Below the pieces are notes generated by a model. That model searched no databases, was not told where the DNA came from, and was given only the letters and a program-made list of their open reading frames with translations. DNA of 62,360 nucleotides, filler included. It is 7 parts of 7 records of this genome, joined end to end, with 100 filler letters (N's around TTAATTAATTAA, not from the genome) between each part and the next. Parts side by side here need not be neighbours in the genome. Positions count along the whole stretch, not along the records: positions 50,158 to 62,360 come from SRR31156797_27052; 6 more parts are not named here. One strand, written 5' to 3'. Position numbers and translations under genes: made by a program. This document shows, piece after piece, positions 60,923 to 62,360 of the stretch (its first letter is position 1; each line of letters starts with the position of its first letter).

Positions 60923-62359
60923 TTACGCTAGGCTAGCTTTCACTTTAGCGTGAAGTTCTTGTACTGAAGTTACCGATGCTTTTGCATCAGCAGTGTGAGA
61001 CATACAAGTCGCAAACGCTGCGTTTAGCGTTGTTGTGTAGTTCACTTTTTCAGCCAAAGCACCACGACGCAGTACTTTAGAATCTTCAATCGCCTGACGG
61101 CCAGCAGCTGTGTTAATAATGTAGGTGTATTCATTGTTCTTAATCCGGTCCAGAATGTGAGGACGGCCTTCATGAACTTTGTTTACCAAGCGAGGGTTGA
61201 TGCCCGCTTCGCCCAGAATCACAGCAGTACCGTGAGTGGCATCTAGCTGGTAGCCAAGTTTCACGAGTTTAGAAGCAAGGTCTACTACACGCTCTTTGTC
61301 ACCTTCGCGAACTGAAAGCAGTGCACGACCACCTTCTGGGTAAACTGCACCACAGCCAAGCTCAGCTTTCGCGTAAGCTTCAGCAAATGTTGCACCTACA
61401 CCCATTACCTCACCAGTAGAGCGCATTTCAGGGCCTAATAGTGGGTCAACACCAGGGAACTTGTTGAACGGTAATACCACTTCTTTTACTGAGTAGTAAG
61501 GAGGAATAATCTCTTTCGTAAAGCCTTGTTGCTCAAGAGTCTGACCAGCCATTACACGTGCAGCAATTTTCGCAAGTGGCGCACCCGTTGCTTTAGATAC
61601 GAATGGTACTGTACGTGCAGCACGCGGGTTTACTTCGATTAGGTAAACTTCGTTATCTTTAACAGCAAACTGAGTATTCATCAGGCCGCGTACACCAAGT
61701 TCGAAAGCCAGTTTCTCTACTTGTTCACGCATCTTGTCCTGAATTTCTGCGCTTAACGTGTATGCTGGAAGTGAACATGCTGAGTCACCTGAGTGAACAC
61801 CTGCTTGTTCGATATGCTCCATGATACCGCCGATAACCACACGCTCACCGTCACAGATAGCATCGATATCGACTTCCGTTGCGTCATCAAGGAAACGGTC
61901 CAGTAGTACTGGAGATTCGTTTGATACGCTAACCGCTTCATTGAAGTAACGACGTAGATCTTGCTCGTCGTACACGATTTCCATCGCACGACCACCAAGT
62001 ACATACGAAGGACGAACAACTAGTGGGAAACCAATCTCTTTTGATTTCTCAACCGCTTGCTCCATCGTTGTAACTGTCGCGTTTTCTGGCTGTAACAGAC
62101 CTAAACGGTCAACAGCTACTTGGAAACGTTCACGGTCTTCTGCACGGTCGATTGCATCAGGGCTAGTGCCGATAATTGGCACACCTGCCGCTTCTAATGC
62201 ACGAGCCAGTTTCAGTGGAGTTTGACCACCGTACTGAACGATAACGCCTTTTGGCTTCTCAACACGTACAATTGCCAATACATCTTCAAGAGTTACTGGT
62301 TCGAAGTACAGACGGTCTGAAGTATCGTAATCTGTTGAAACTGTCTCAGGGTTACAGTT
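60923..62359 (-). CDS. carB: Carbamoyl-phosphate synthase large subunit, 5' end cut by the window edge
   Basis: [49 protein letters not shown]-terminal MGS domain. Confidence 0.98.
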   Translation of the reverse strand, partial: NCNPETVSTDYDTSDRLYFEPVTLEDVLAIVRVEKPKGVIVQYGGQTPLKLARALEAAGVPIIGTSPDAIDRAEDRERFQVAVDRLGLLQPENATVTTMEQAVEKSKEIGFPLVVRPSYVLGGRAMEIVYDEQDLRRYFNEAVSVSNESPVLLDRFLDDATEVDIDAICDGERVVIGGIMEHIEQAGVHSGDSACSLPAYTLSAEIQDKMREQVEKLAFELGVRGLMNTQFAVKDNEVYLIEVNPRAARTVPFVSKATGAPLAKIAARVMAGQTLEQQGFTKEIIPPYYSVKEVVLPFNKFPGVDPLLGPEMRSTGEVMGVGATFAEAYAKAELGCGAVYPEGGRALLSVREGDKERVVDLASKLVKLGYQLDATHGTAVILGEAGINPRLVNKVHEGRPHILDRIKNNEYTYIINTAAGRQAIEDSKVLRRGALAEKVNYTTTLNAAFATCMSHTADAKASVTSVQELHAKVKASLA

Positions 62360-62360
62360 A

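Overview
The window is not one genomic locus. It is seven unrelated contigs joined by six identical artificial 100-bp spacers (44 N + TTAATTAATTAA + 44 N). Taxonomic labels below are impressions from gene content and composition, not database results. A (1-7649, Desulfobacterota-like): 7TM-DISM/GGDEF cyclase, GNAT, hflKC, amidohydrolase-OsmC-amidohydrolase. B (7750-14491, Planctomycetota-like): two tandem cassettes of a CheB-like esterase plus a single-domain receiver, dnaN, dnaA with DnaA boxes on both sides (probable oriC), ATE1/Bpt-type aminoacyl-transferase, GT9 heptosyltransferase. C (14592-22246, high-GC, Planctomycetota-like): heparinase II/III-like lyase, esterase, pabB-pabC-Nif3-scpB. 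D (22347-33317, low-GC, Marinimicrobia/FCB-like): fumarase, 2-oxoacid:ferredoxin oxidoreductase, transporters, regulators, S41 peptidase. E (33418-42527, Alphaproteobacteria): yejABEF, hisN, cytochrome c, kdsB, pheA, nudC. F (42628-50057, Desulfobulbales-like): aroC, epimerase, dinB, antiporter-USP fusion, YgiQ. G (50158-62360, Vibrio): gltBD, mtnN, btuF region, carB. No CRISPR array, rRNA, tRNA, transposase, phage or recognisable defence gene was found. The best candidate for an undescribed system is the duplicated orphan CheB-like/receiver cassette next to oriC. Both esterases keep the Ser-His-Asp triad but share His/Cys substitutions around the active site. One receiver is canonical, while the other has Asn in place of the phospho-acceptor Asp and a Cys/His-rich tail.
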